From a bacterium (GTDB lineage Bacteria; Patescibacteriota; Patescibacteriia; Patescibacteriales; GWC2-42-12), in NCBI GenBank assembly GCA_043807825.1, contig JAZDFM010000034.1, positions 2,700 through 66,699 on the forward strand: DNA of 64,000 nucleotides. The letters run 5' to 3'. Made by a program: the position numbers and the translations under genes. The notes under the pieces were generated by a model. The model did no database searches, was not told where the DNA came from, and saw nothing but the letters and a program-made list of their open reading frames with translations. Numbering within the stretch: the stretch's first letter is position 1; each line of letters opens with the position of its first letter. Positions 56,559 to 64,000 of the stretch are shown here, in pieces.

Positions 56559-57948
56559 GGCTTTTAATTTTTTTGATCCATTTTAAAATATAACTTGGCC
56601 TTAAATAAAATTTGCGATACACTTTCCTGATATATTTTTGCAACTGGCCGGCGTTAAGCGATGTGAAATATTCATTATAAAAAGCGTTCGTATGCAATTT
56701 GCTTATATCCATGGCTGTGCCATCGCCGATTTCTGGATGATGCTTTCTCAATTCCAAAAATAATTGCGTTCCCGGGTATGGCGTCAAAATGCCGAATGTC
56801 ACTATGGTCGGGTCTATTTTCAATATGAATTTTATGGTCTGTTCTATTGTTTCTTCGGTTTCTCCGGGAATCCCGATCATCATATGCGCGTGAGTGTCAA
56901 TTCCGGCTTCATGGGCCCATTTGAATACCTGTTCTGTTTGCTCAATTTTTATACCTTTTTTTACATTATCCAGCAATCGCTGGACACCTGATTCAACTCC
57001 GAGCCTGATCATGTGGCAACCCGCTTGCTTCATTGTGATCATCATTTCTTTATCAAGAGTATTTATTCGGGAACTGCAAATCCAGCTGATGTCTATTTTT
57101 TCTTTGATTATGGTTTCGCAGATTTCTTTCACTCTATCCTTAAAAACAGTAAAAATTTCATCGCGAAAAAATATTTCTTTATACCCGAGCCGAGCTATTT
57201 CCCTTATTTCTTCAAGAACTCTTTTGGCGCTCATGGCTCTGATGGCGCGGCCGTAAAAAATCGGCGAAGAGCAAAAAGTGCACTGCCCCGGGCATCCGCG
57301 CGAAGTGAACATCGTCGTATAAGGCATTCTCTTGACCACCGGATTATAATAATCCACGCCGGCCGGCAGGAAAGTCCTGTCCGGAATCGGCAATTCATCA
57401 AGATTTTCAATTAAAGGATAATCGGCATTCTCAACATATTGGCCGCCTTGCATAAAAGAAATGCCTTTTATATCCTGCCAATTTTTATTGTTTTTAACGG
57501 CTAAAGCCAAATCTCTTATGATATATTCAGCTTCTCTTCTAACAACTATGTCAATGCCTTTTTTTTCAAGAGAAGATTTCGGCTCTGCCGTAACATGGCC
57601 GCCGAAAACAATGGTTTTAATCTCTGCGTTGTTTTTTTTCAATTCAGCCAAAATTTCAGAATCTTCATTCAATGTCATTGTTGAAGTGAGCATAACGACA
57701 AACGCGCAGTCTTTTATTTTTTCGCCAATCTGATTGACGGCAAGATTTTCCGCGGCCGCGTCTATCAATTTCACATTTACGCCATTGCGCTTGAGTACGG
57801 TTCCGACAGAAATCAAAGACAATGGCGGAAATTGTACTCCGGCTATTCTTTTCCCCTTGCACCAGCATCCGTAGACTAAATCCCGCGCGACATTTTTGGA
57901 AAATTTTGACGGTGGTATCAATAAAGCGATATTCATAAATTTAACCAT
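56488..57948 (-). CDS. B12-binding domain radical SAM protein (class B radical SAM, likely methyltransferase)
   Basis: An N-terminal cobalamin-binding-like Rossmann domain, then a radical SAM CxxxCxxC (RGCPGQCTFC). Confidence 0.8.
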   Translation of the reverse strand: MVKFMNIALLIPPSKFSKNVARDLVYGCWCKGKRIAGVQFPPLSLISVGTVLKRNGVNVKLIDAAAENLAVNQIGEKIKDCAFVVMLTSTMTLNEDSEILAELKKNNAEIKTIVFGGHVTAEPKSSLEKKGIDIVVRREAEYIIRDLALAVKNNKNWQDIKGISFMQGGQYVENADYPLIENLDELPIPDRTFLPAGVDYYNPVVKRMPYTTMFTSRGCPGQCTFCSSPIFYGRAIRAMSAKRVLEEIREIARLGYKEIFFRDEIFTVFKDRVKEICETIIKEKIDISWICSSRINTLDKEMMITMKQAGCHMIRLGVESGVQRLLDNVKKGIKIEQTEQVFKWAHEAGIDTHAHMMIGIPGETEETIEQTIKFILKIDPTIVTFGILTPYPGTQLFLELRKHHPEIGDGTAMDISKLHTNAFYNEYFTSLNAGQLQKYIRKVYRKFYLRPSYILKWIKKIKSLDEFKRIALAGTQVFGFISGDDD

Positions 57949-58837
57949 TTCTTTTGGACGCGGACACTATCAAATCCGCCAAAAAACCGAACGCGAAAAT
58001 CTGAATCGCCAATATAATCATTACAATTTGCGAAGCGTGAATTTTAAAATCCACAAAATACAAAGTAAAACCGACCCACAAAACCGCCGACAGCATTAAA
58101 AATCCTCCGAGCGGCAGAAAAAATTTCAACGGATTAAAATAAACAATCATCCGCACAACAGTGTTTAAATATTTCGCCGTGTCTTTTAAGGGATGAAATT
58201 TTGATTTTCCCACCCGTTTGAAATACTCGGTCGGAATATATTTTACGCTATGCCCATTTGTGAGAAAAGCCAAAGTCATTGTGGTAACGCAGGAAAATCC
58301 GTCCGGAATCACCCATAAGTATTTCATCATTATGTCTTTTTTAAAAGCTTTCAAACCCGTGTTCAAATCCGGTATTGGACAGCCTGACAGATAAACAGCC
58401 AATCTTCTTATGAGCCATTTGGCGGAAAAACGCAAAAATTTATATGTCCCCTGCTCGCTTGTTCTGGCGCCGTTGACTTGGTCGTATTCCGGAAAATAAG
58501 ACAGCATTTTCGGAATATCGGCCGCGTTATAAGTGCCGTCGCCGTCAAGCATGACAATAATATCGCCTTTCGCGTTTAAAATTCCGGTTTTTCTCGCGGC
58601 TCCGGAACCGCCGTTGATTTTTCTTCTAACTAATCTGATCTTTCCGTTGGCTTTCATTAAATTTTCCGCGACAGTGGCAGTTTGGTCGCTTGAATTATCG
58701 TCAACAACCAAAATTTCATATTGATACACCGTTGTTCTCATAACTGCCTCCACATCATTAACAACCTGCTTAATGGCAGCTTCTTCGTCGCAACAAGGGA
58801 TAAGAATCGTGATAAAATTATATTTTTTTTCTTCCAT
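57941..58837 (-). CDS. Glycosyltransferase family 2, polyprenyl-phosphate sugar synthase (DPM1/GtrB-like)
   Basis: ITILIPCCDEE, VVDDNSSD and MLDGDG (DxD) motifs, plus a C-terminal TM hairpin. Confidence 0.85.
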   Translation of the reverse strand: MEEKKYNFITILIPCCDEEAAIKQVVNDVEAVMRTTVYQYEILVVDDNSSDQTATVAENLMKANGKIRLVRRKINGGSGAARKTGILNAKGDIIVMLDGDGTYNAADIPKMLSYFPEYDQVNGARTSEQGTYKFLRFSAKWLIRRLAVYLSGCPIPDLNTGLKAFKKDIMMKYLWVIPDGFSCVTTMTLAFLTNGHSVKYIPTEYFKRVGKSKFHPLKDTAKYLNTVVRMIVYFNPLKFFLPLGGFLMLSAVLWVGFTLYFVDFKIHASQIVMIILAIQIFAFGFLADLIVSASKRNG

Positions 58838-59627
58838 ATATTATTAAGCTGCCGGAAATCTCTTTAACCAAAGGTATTTTTTCCAAATATCCGGAAATAA
58901 AATTTAAAAAATTCGCTAATATTTTAGGCGTGGCCGGATGCAAAAAATCAAAATTTTTTACAACATTATTCTGAAAGCCATGCTCAGCTAATTTTTTAGC
59001 CACATCCCACCGATAAAAAGCTTTTTCATTTTCAGAATGACCGGCTAACTTTTTTATAAACATAACATTTTTTTCCAAAAATACTTGCGGATTAAGCATA
59101 TTGGGTTCGGTAAAAAATATCTGCCCGCCATTTTTTAATACTCTGCAACATTCATTTAGGCATTTATCAATATCAACATGATGTAAAATTGAATTAGCGA
59201 TAATGCAATCAATGCTATTATCTTCAAATTTCATTTTCTCGCAATTATCAACTAAAAATTCCGCCTTAATATCTTTATTATGAATAATCGCTAATTTAAT
59301 TTGCTCCGGCGATAAATCTGAAGCGACTATTTTATTTTTGCTTCCAAACTCTTTATATATATATTTCGTATAATCTCCGCAAGCGCAGCCTATTTCCAAA
59401 ATAATCTTATTGTCCAAATCTCCAACAAATTTTTTAGCTATTTGGGCCCTGCGTTTCTTTCTAATTTGTCCGCTATATGTTTTGCTCCCCCACCACGCAT
59501 AACCTTTTTCAACCGCCATCTTATTAAAATGTTCCAACTCATTTTTATTTTCCATTTTTTTTAAAATAACACGAATTAAAATATCTTGAACTCGGCACAT
59601 ATCTTGCCTGATAATTTTTTTTATCAA
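58818..59627 (-). CDS. Class I SAM-dependent methyltransferase
   Basis: Motif I ILEIGCACGDYT, and motif post-II LKNGGQIFF. Confidence 0.8.
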   Translation of the reverse strand: MIKKIIRQDMCRVQDILIRVILKKMENKNELEHFNKMAVEKGYAWWGSKTYSGQIRKKRRAQIAKKFVGDLDNKIILEIGCACGDYTKYIYKEFGSKNKIVASDLSPEQIKLAIIHNKDIKAEFLVDNCEKMKFEDNSIDCIIANSILHHVDIDKCLNECCRVLKNGGQIFFTEPNMLNPQVFLEKNVMFIKKLAGHSENEKAFYRWDVAKKLAEHGFQNNVVKNFDFLHPATPKILANFLNFISGYLEKIPLVKEISGSLIIYGRKKI

Positions 59628-59740
59628 TCAAAACGGCTTCTAAAATTTTTCTTAAAAATTTCCTGCCGAAATCAAATCTGCCGAAAATAACATTGTACAA
59701 CCTCAGCAAAATAAATTTTTCCGTGGTCATCAGCATAATA

Positions 59741-60667
59741 TTAAAAATAATACGCCATTAAATAATCGTTTGACAAGCCTGTCAGATAGCGATCGTCAAG
59801 CCAATCCGGATTTAAAATAGCGTCAGCTTCCAGTCCGGCTTTGATTTTACGCAAAACTTCAATTTTAGCCGATTTAAAGCCGAAAGGATAAAGAAAAGCC
59901 GTATGGCGGCTCATATTTATATTATCATAATTGCCATATTTATCAAGCCGCGCGTCAAAATCTTCGGCCGCGCTTTTTAGGCAGTTTAAAATTCCGGTTT
60001 TGCCGGTTTTTTGATAAAGCCTGGACAAACAACTCATGGTAATGGAACAATATCCCAAATCAAAACCGCCGTATTCGGGAAAATATTTCTTTTTATCGTA
60101 TTCAGCAATTAAATATTCGGCTCGCCTGCCTGATTCCGCAAGAAAATCATCGCGATTAAGCGCTTTGCCAAAATTATAAAGCCCTATCGCCGAAGCCGCG
60201 ATTTGATTGGAAATATGCCAATTGCCGTTTTTTTTCAGCCATTCGCCGGTTTTTTCCAATTTATTTTTCCAGCCGCCTATCTCCAAGCCAAGCAGTTCTA
60301 TGGTTTCTATAATAATATACGCGCCAAAAGCCGTGGCGCAAAAAGATTGTTCATAAGGATAAATTTCGTCCACACTGCCATTTTTATTGGATTTTTCCAG
60401 CCAAAAATTTATTATGGCCTTGATTAAATTCAACGCTTTATCGTTTTTGCGCAAAAAACAATTTTCATCCGAATAAGCGAAAGCCAAAATCAAGCATGCC
60501 TCCTGATAGCGCGCGTTTGAATAATCGTTTAATTTATAATGCCAATAATTCCTGTCGCAACATCCGAAAGTTTTTGAATCGGCGTCCGCGTCAATAAAAC
60601 CCAAAATCCGCTTCAAGTGCTTATCGGGCTTTTGCTTGAATATCGCCAAATCATTGTTTAAAAACAT
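59741..60667 (-). CDS. Hypothetical protein (glycan locus)
   Basis: 308-aa soluble ORF; no confident motif. Confidence 0.4.
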   Translation of the reverse strand: MFLNNDLAIFKQKPDKHLKRILGFIDADADSKTFGCCDRNYWHYKLNDYSNARYQEACLILAFAYSDENCFLRKNDKALNLIKAIINFWLEKSNKNGSVDEIYPYEQSFCATAFGAYIIIETIELLGLEIGGWKNKLEKTGEWLKKNGNWHISNQIAASAIGLYNFGKALNRDDFLAESGRRAEYLIAEYDKKKYFPEYGGFDLGYCSITMSCLSRLYQKTGKTGILNCLKSAAEDFDARLDKYGNYDNINMSRHTAFLYPFGFKSAKIEVLRKIKAGLEADAILNPDWLDDRYLTGLSNDYLMAYYF

Positions 60668-61034
60668 AATATTTATAGCTTAAAAATTTTACAAGCGGGA
60701 AAATCATGAAATTGATCGTAATCGCCAGCAAATAATTTATGTTCAAATTCACCGTAAAAACATAAAACAGAAAATTCATGGCGAAAAAGAAAAAAACCGC
60801 GGCCGCGATAAATTTCAATAAATTGGAGCGATTGGCCGAACAGCCGAAAATCTTGGAATTGCCGAAAAAGCTTATGAACAAATTAAAGCATGTGCTTATG
60901 GAATAAACAAGCCGCGGATTCAAATTAAAAAAATCCACGCCAACATAATTTATCAAATACATCGCGGCGACTCCGATCGCGCACAAAACAAAATACAAAT
61001 GCGCTTTTTCAAATATTTTTATTATATAATTCAT
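60651..61034 (-). CDS. GtrA-family membrane protein (polyprenyl-phosphate sugar translocation-associated)
   Basis: 127 aa with 4 TM segments and a C-terminal YKYYVFK, typical of GtrA-like proteins. Confidence 0.65.
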   Translation of the reverse strand: MNYIIKIFEKAHLYFVLCAIGVAAMYLINYVGVDFFNLNPRLVYSISTCFNLFISFFGNSKIFGCSANRSNLLKFIAAAVFFFFAMNFLFYVFTVNLNINYLLAITINFMIFPLVKFLSYKYYVFKQ

Positions 61035-61072
61035 AAATCAAAACCGTTAAATAATTAAATTTGCCTCTCTAT

Positions 61073-61145
61073 TGTCATTCCCGCGAAAGCGGGAATCCAT
61101 ATTCTATGCGCTAACTCCTGGATTCCCGCTTTCGCGGGAATGACA
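61073..61145 (+). repeat. Type-B palindromic repeat
   Basis: tgtcattcccgcgaaagcgggaatcca ... ctggattcccgctttcgcgggaatgaca. It supplies the last ~12 codons and the stop of the GT4 gene at 61111 (C-terminal ...SFPRKRESRS). Confidence 0.85.
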
Positions 61146-62286
61146 GAATAGAATTATTCAACGCTCTCAAATCATAAAAATCTATCATCTGCTTGGCTTT
61201 TTCTTTAATATTATTTTGCATGGCCCAAGCGACGCAATCTTCGGCGTTAATCGCTTTTTTGTTTAATATCAAATCCATTTTGCAGGCTATTTCTTCAGCA
61301 TTCCGCGGGTCAACGATAAAACCGGTTTTGCCGTTAATAATCGCTTCTTGGCAACCGGAATTTTTAGATCCTATGCACGGAACGGCTTTAGCATTGGCTT
61401 CCAAATATACCAAGCCGAAACCTTCAAAATCATTATTGATATTTACGGACGGCATCAAAAACAAATCTGCGTTGAAATAATATTCTTCCAACTCTTCATC
61501 TGTTGCTTTCCCTCTGAAAAATATTTTATTTTCAAATCCGTATCGCCTGATTTTTTCTGAAACTTTCAAATAATAATTATCATCCGGATCATATTTTCCT
61601 ATTATATTATAAATAAAATTATCAGAGAAATTATCATTATACAGCTTGCATGCTTCAACAGCTTCAAGTATTCCTTTTCGTGGCTTTATAACCCCGACAA
61701 ATAAAATTTTTTTTATCTTGTTGCCAATCTTGCGCGCCAAATCTATGGGCTTATGCGAATTCAAATTTATTCCGTTAGTGATAACTCTTGTTTTCTTATC
61801 AAGCTCCGGATGATAATTCAATAGATGATTTTTCGTATATTGGCTCACAGATATAATTCCATCCAATTTTTCATAATACTTTTCGGACAAGCGCCGAGAA
61901 ATTATTTTTTTAAAAAAATTATCAAGTAAAATATGCGGAACCGAATAAGTTCCGTGCAAAGTTATGAAAGTTTTGGCTTTTTTAATTTGCAAAAATGGCA
62001 ACAAACCGGCGTATGGCTCTGTCATAAAATGAACAATATCAGGAGAAAATTTATTGATTATTTTTTTAATTTTTAAGGCGGATAAAAAACAATTCTGTAA
62101 ATTCACCAAATATTCAGCCGACGCTTTCAATATTAAACATTCTTCTATTTCTTTTTGATCTGATTTCGCCGATGTTAAAGCTAAAACTCTATGCCCTGAA
62201 TTTTTAATTTCTTCAATAAGATCAAAACTGTATCTGCCGTAACCATCTTTTTTATCCAAATAATTTGTTAAAAATAAAATTTTCAT
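61111..62286 (-). CDS. Glycosyltransferase family 4
   Basis: GT-B architecture with a C-terminal E(X7)E-like motif (FEGFGLVYLEA). Confidence 0.85.
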   Translation of the reverse strand: MKILFLTNYLDKKDGYGRYSFDLIEEIKNSGHRVLALTSAKSDQKEIEECLILKASAEYLVNLQNCFLSALKIKKIINKFSPDIVHFMTEPYAGLLPFLQIKKAKTFITLHGTYSVPHILLDNFFKKIISRRLSEKYYEKLDGIISVSQYTKNHLLNYHPELDKKTRVITNGINLNSHKPIDLARKIGNKIKKILFVGVIKPRKGILEAVEACKLYNDNFSDNFIYNIIGKYDPDDNYYLKVSEKIRRYGFENKIFFRGKATDEELEEYYFNADLFLMPSVNINNDFEGFGLVYLEANAKAVPCIGSKNSGCQEAIINGKTGFIVDPRNAEEIACKMDLILNKKAINAEDCVAWAMQNNIKEKAKQMIDFYDLRALNNSILSFPRKRESRS

Positions 62287-63119
62287 TTTGTTTTTTTAAG
62301 CATAAAACTGAAACTGCTTAAATAAAATACGGCTAAAAAATAAATAAAAGACCCCATTCTCGCAAATCTGAATATTTTTGAAATTTTTTGAAATTTAGAA
62401 TCTGCTATCAGTTCGGGATGCAAAATTTTGTATTTCTTCAAATCCACAACATCAAATCCTGATTCTCTTGCCATTTTTTTAAATTGCCAAACGGTAAAAT
62501 AATGCATGCTTGACAATTTCTGCATGCCGGCCGTTGAATTTTCTTTTTCTATATTGTTCAATTTAATAATCATTTCGCCTAAAAATCTTGGCATCCAATT
62601 TATAAATTTCAAATGATAATGAGCGTCATGAAAACCAAAGCGGTTTATCACGGTAATATGCATTTGGCCGTTTTCTTTCAAAATTCTAAAACTTTCTTTC
62701 AGCAATTCGCTGGGATTTTCGCAATGCTCCAATACATCGTTGCAGTAAATAAAATCAATGGAATCATCCGGAAAAGGCATTTTTTCTCCGCTATTTTCGC
62801 GCGCGTCAATATCAATTCCGTATCGCATAGCTCTTAATTTCGCGATATCAATATAATCATGATTCGGCTCTATGCCGATTACATCGTATCCTTTCAATTT
62901 CATCGCCACTAAAAAACCTCCCATTCCGGATCCAAGATCCAAAATCTTTTTTGTTTTCAGCGAAGGAACGAATTTTTCCAAAAAATCAATCGTCTTCTCC
63001 TGATATTTTTCATGCCAAATTCTTTCATTCTGCCATTTTAAAAAAATATTTCTCCGTTTGGCATGGCTGTTCCATTTAGCGATCAATTCATTCAATTTTT
63101 GTTCATTAGCATTTTGCAT
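62283..63119 (-). CDS. Class I SAM-dependent methyltransferase
   Basis: Motif I ILDLGSGMGGF. Confidence 0.8.
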   Translation of the reverse strand: MQNANEQKLNELIAKWNSHAKRRNIFLKWQNERIWHEKYQEKTIDFLEKFVPSLKTKKILDLGSGMGGFLVAMKLKGYDVIGIEPNHDYIDIAKLRAMRYGIDIDARENSGEKMPFPDDSIDFIYCNDVLEHCENPSELLKESFRILKENGQMHITVINRFGFHDAHYHLKFINWMPRFLGEMIIKLNNIEKENSTAGMQKLSSMHYFTVWQFKKMARESGFDVVDLKKYKILHPELIADSKFQKISKIFRFARMGSFIYFLAVFYLSSFSFMLKKTK

Positions 63120-63852
63120 TGTTTATGAATTTTAAAATATTATCCGCTCTTTTAAGCCAAGTATTATTTTTCACATCATTAAAAGCTTGCCGCGATATTT
63201 TATCAGCTAATTCATCGCCTTTCAAAGCTTTAAATATTCCTTCGGCCAAATCATCCGAATTATCGGGTTTGACTAAAATGGCGTTGTTTTCATTTAAAAT
63301 TTCTATCAAAGAAGGCAAATCAGAAGCGACAATCGGCCTGCCAGAAGCCATATATTCAAACAATTTCAATGGGGATGTCCAATATTTTGAAATTTTTTCT
63401 TTTGCCGAGTTAGGTAATACAAGCGCGTTCGCGGCTTTTAACCAATAAGGGATTTCAAAATGAGGCCTATGCCCGATTATTTTTATATTGTTTGAATTTT
63501 CAGATTTTTTTTCAAAATCAGCGATATCTTTTTCAGTTCCGCCGACAAATACGAACAAAACTTCAAGCCCTGAATTTATATTTTTAAATTTTTCAGCGGC
63601 TTGAAGAAGCGTATCCGCTCCTTTCCATTGATAAAGATGCCCGGTGTAAACAATTATTTTTTTATCTTGAGGCAAGCGCAATTTTTTTCTGGCTTCCGTC
63701 ATATCGCATTGAATGTCAAATTTTTCAATATCCGTTCCGTCAGGAGAAACAAAAATTTTATCTTCTTCTACTCCTTTTTCAATAAAAAGATCTTTCAACT
63801 TCCGCGTGATAACGATTATTTTTTTAGTTTTCCTGAAAAATCTTGAATACAA
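63106..63852 (-). CDS. Glycosyltransferase family 4, C-terminal half only; the N-terminal part is probably upstream of 63852 or beyond the window
   Basis: Only the GT-B C-terminal Rossmann domain is present (VYTGHLYQWKG..., FEYMASGRPIVASD). Confidence 0.55.
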   Translation of the reverse strand: MYSRFFRKTKKIIVITRKLKDLFIEKGVEEDKIFVSPDGTDIEKFDIQCDMTEARKKLRLPQDKKIIVYTGHLYQWKGADTLLQAAEKFKNINSGLEVLFVFVGGTEKDIADFEKKSENSNNIKIIGHRPHFEIPYWLKAANALVLPNSAKEKISKYWTSPLKLFEYMASGRPIVASDLPSLIEILNENNAILVKPDNSDDLAEGIFKALKGDELADKISRQAFNDVKNNTWLKRADNILKFINNAKC

Positions 63853-64000
63853 AAAATAATTTTCAGGAAAATCATGCGCCTCAAAAACAATATTATTTTT
63901 AAATAAGCACAGGGGCAGAAGAAATTTATCCCTGATATAAACAACATCGGCTTTTTTAAAAATAACCCGAATAAAAACAGAAACAAAAAAAGAAAAAGAC

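Noticed and set aside
2021-61145. Could the recurring 'gtcattgcgag...gaagcaatctc' units be a CRISPR array?
   Set aside because: The copies are dispersed over 60 kb, not arranged as regularly spaced direct repeats with unique spacers. Each is an inverted-repeat hairpin, and no cas genes are present.

Overview
This is a gene-dense, low-GC bacterial chromosomal window. GC content was judged by eye, not computed. The gene content, the small hypothetical proteins and the abundant 'TGTCATTGCGAG...GAAGCAATCTC' palindromic repeats suggest a Candidate Phyla Radiation / Patescibacteria-like genome; that taxonomic call is an inference. TGA and TAA both act as ordinary stop codons (thyA ends in TGA), so standard code 11 applies. 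Starts in the supplied ORF track may be TTG/GTG (rpmA's track start at 45915 is TTG), so several track N-termini are likely over-extended. The block contents, in order, are as follows. (1) 1-2.7 kb: secE-nusG-rplK-rplA. (2) 2.7-8.1 kb, minus strand: an ECF sigma factor, a putative anti-sigma membrane protein, a membrane-anchored beta-rich protein, a HlyD-type adaptor, an ABC ATPase and an FtsX/MacB-type permease. (3) 8.2-11.4 kb: a thymidylate cluster, thyA-folA-P-loop kinase-tmk::dut, where tmk and dut are fused into one ORF. (4) gatB, then a roughly 400-nt GC-rich structured region between convergent genes that is probably an ncRNA. (5) 13.7-23.5 kb, minus strand: miaA, miaB, dnaJ, dnaK, hsp20, grpE, hrcA with a perfect CIRCE operator, PBP2 and mreD. 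(6) 23.6-32.9 kb, minus strand: an ABC exporter, murC, an amidohydrolase, murG, a higA/higB toxin-antitoxin pair embedded between murG and ftsW, then ftsW and mraY. (7) 33.0-41.1 kb, plus strand: a type IV pilus / T2SS-like locus with pilB, pilC, three (pseudo)pilins, a PilX-like protein and pilM/N/O. (8) 41.1-43.7 kb, minus strand: nifS-nfu-iscU and an L,D-transpeptidase with TSP3-like Ca-binding repeats. (9) 43.7-45.9 kb: a very AT-rich islet that opens with a roughly 175-bp nested palindrome and a near-consensus promoter carrying a G8 tract in its spacer; it holds a small secreted Trp-rich protein, membrane proteins and an ORF interrupted by an in-frame TAA. (10) rpmA, pyrG and ctpA. (11) 49.3-64.0 kb: a large surface-glycan locus with a priming sugar-phosphate transferase, a Wzx-like flippase, three GT4 enzymes, a DPM1-like GT2, GtrA, a large polytopic membrane protein that may be GT-C-like, four SAM methyltransferases and a B12-binding radical SAM enzyme. 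Twelve copies or half-copies of a MITE-like hairpin repeat family with TGTCATT...AATGACA termini are scattered through intergenic regions and gene ends. They are especially dense within the heat-shock operon. No rRNA, tRNA or CRISPR array was recognised.
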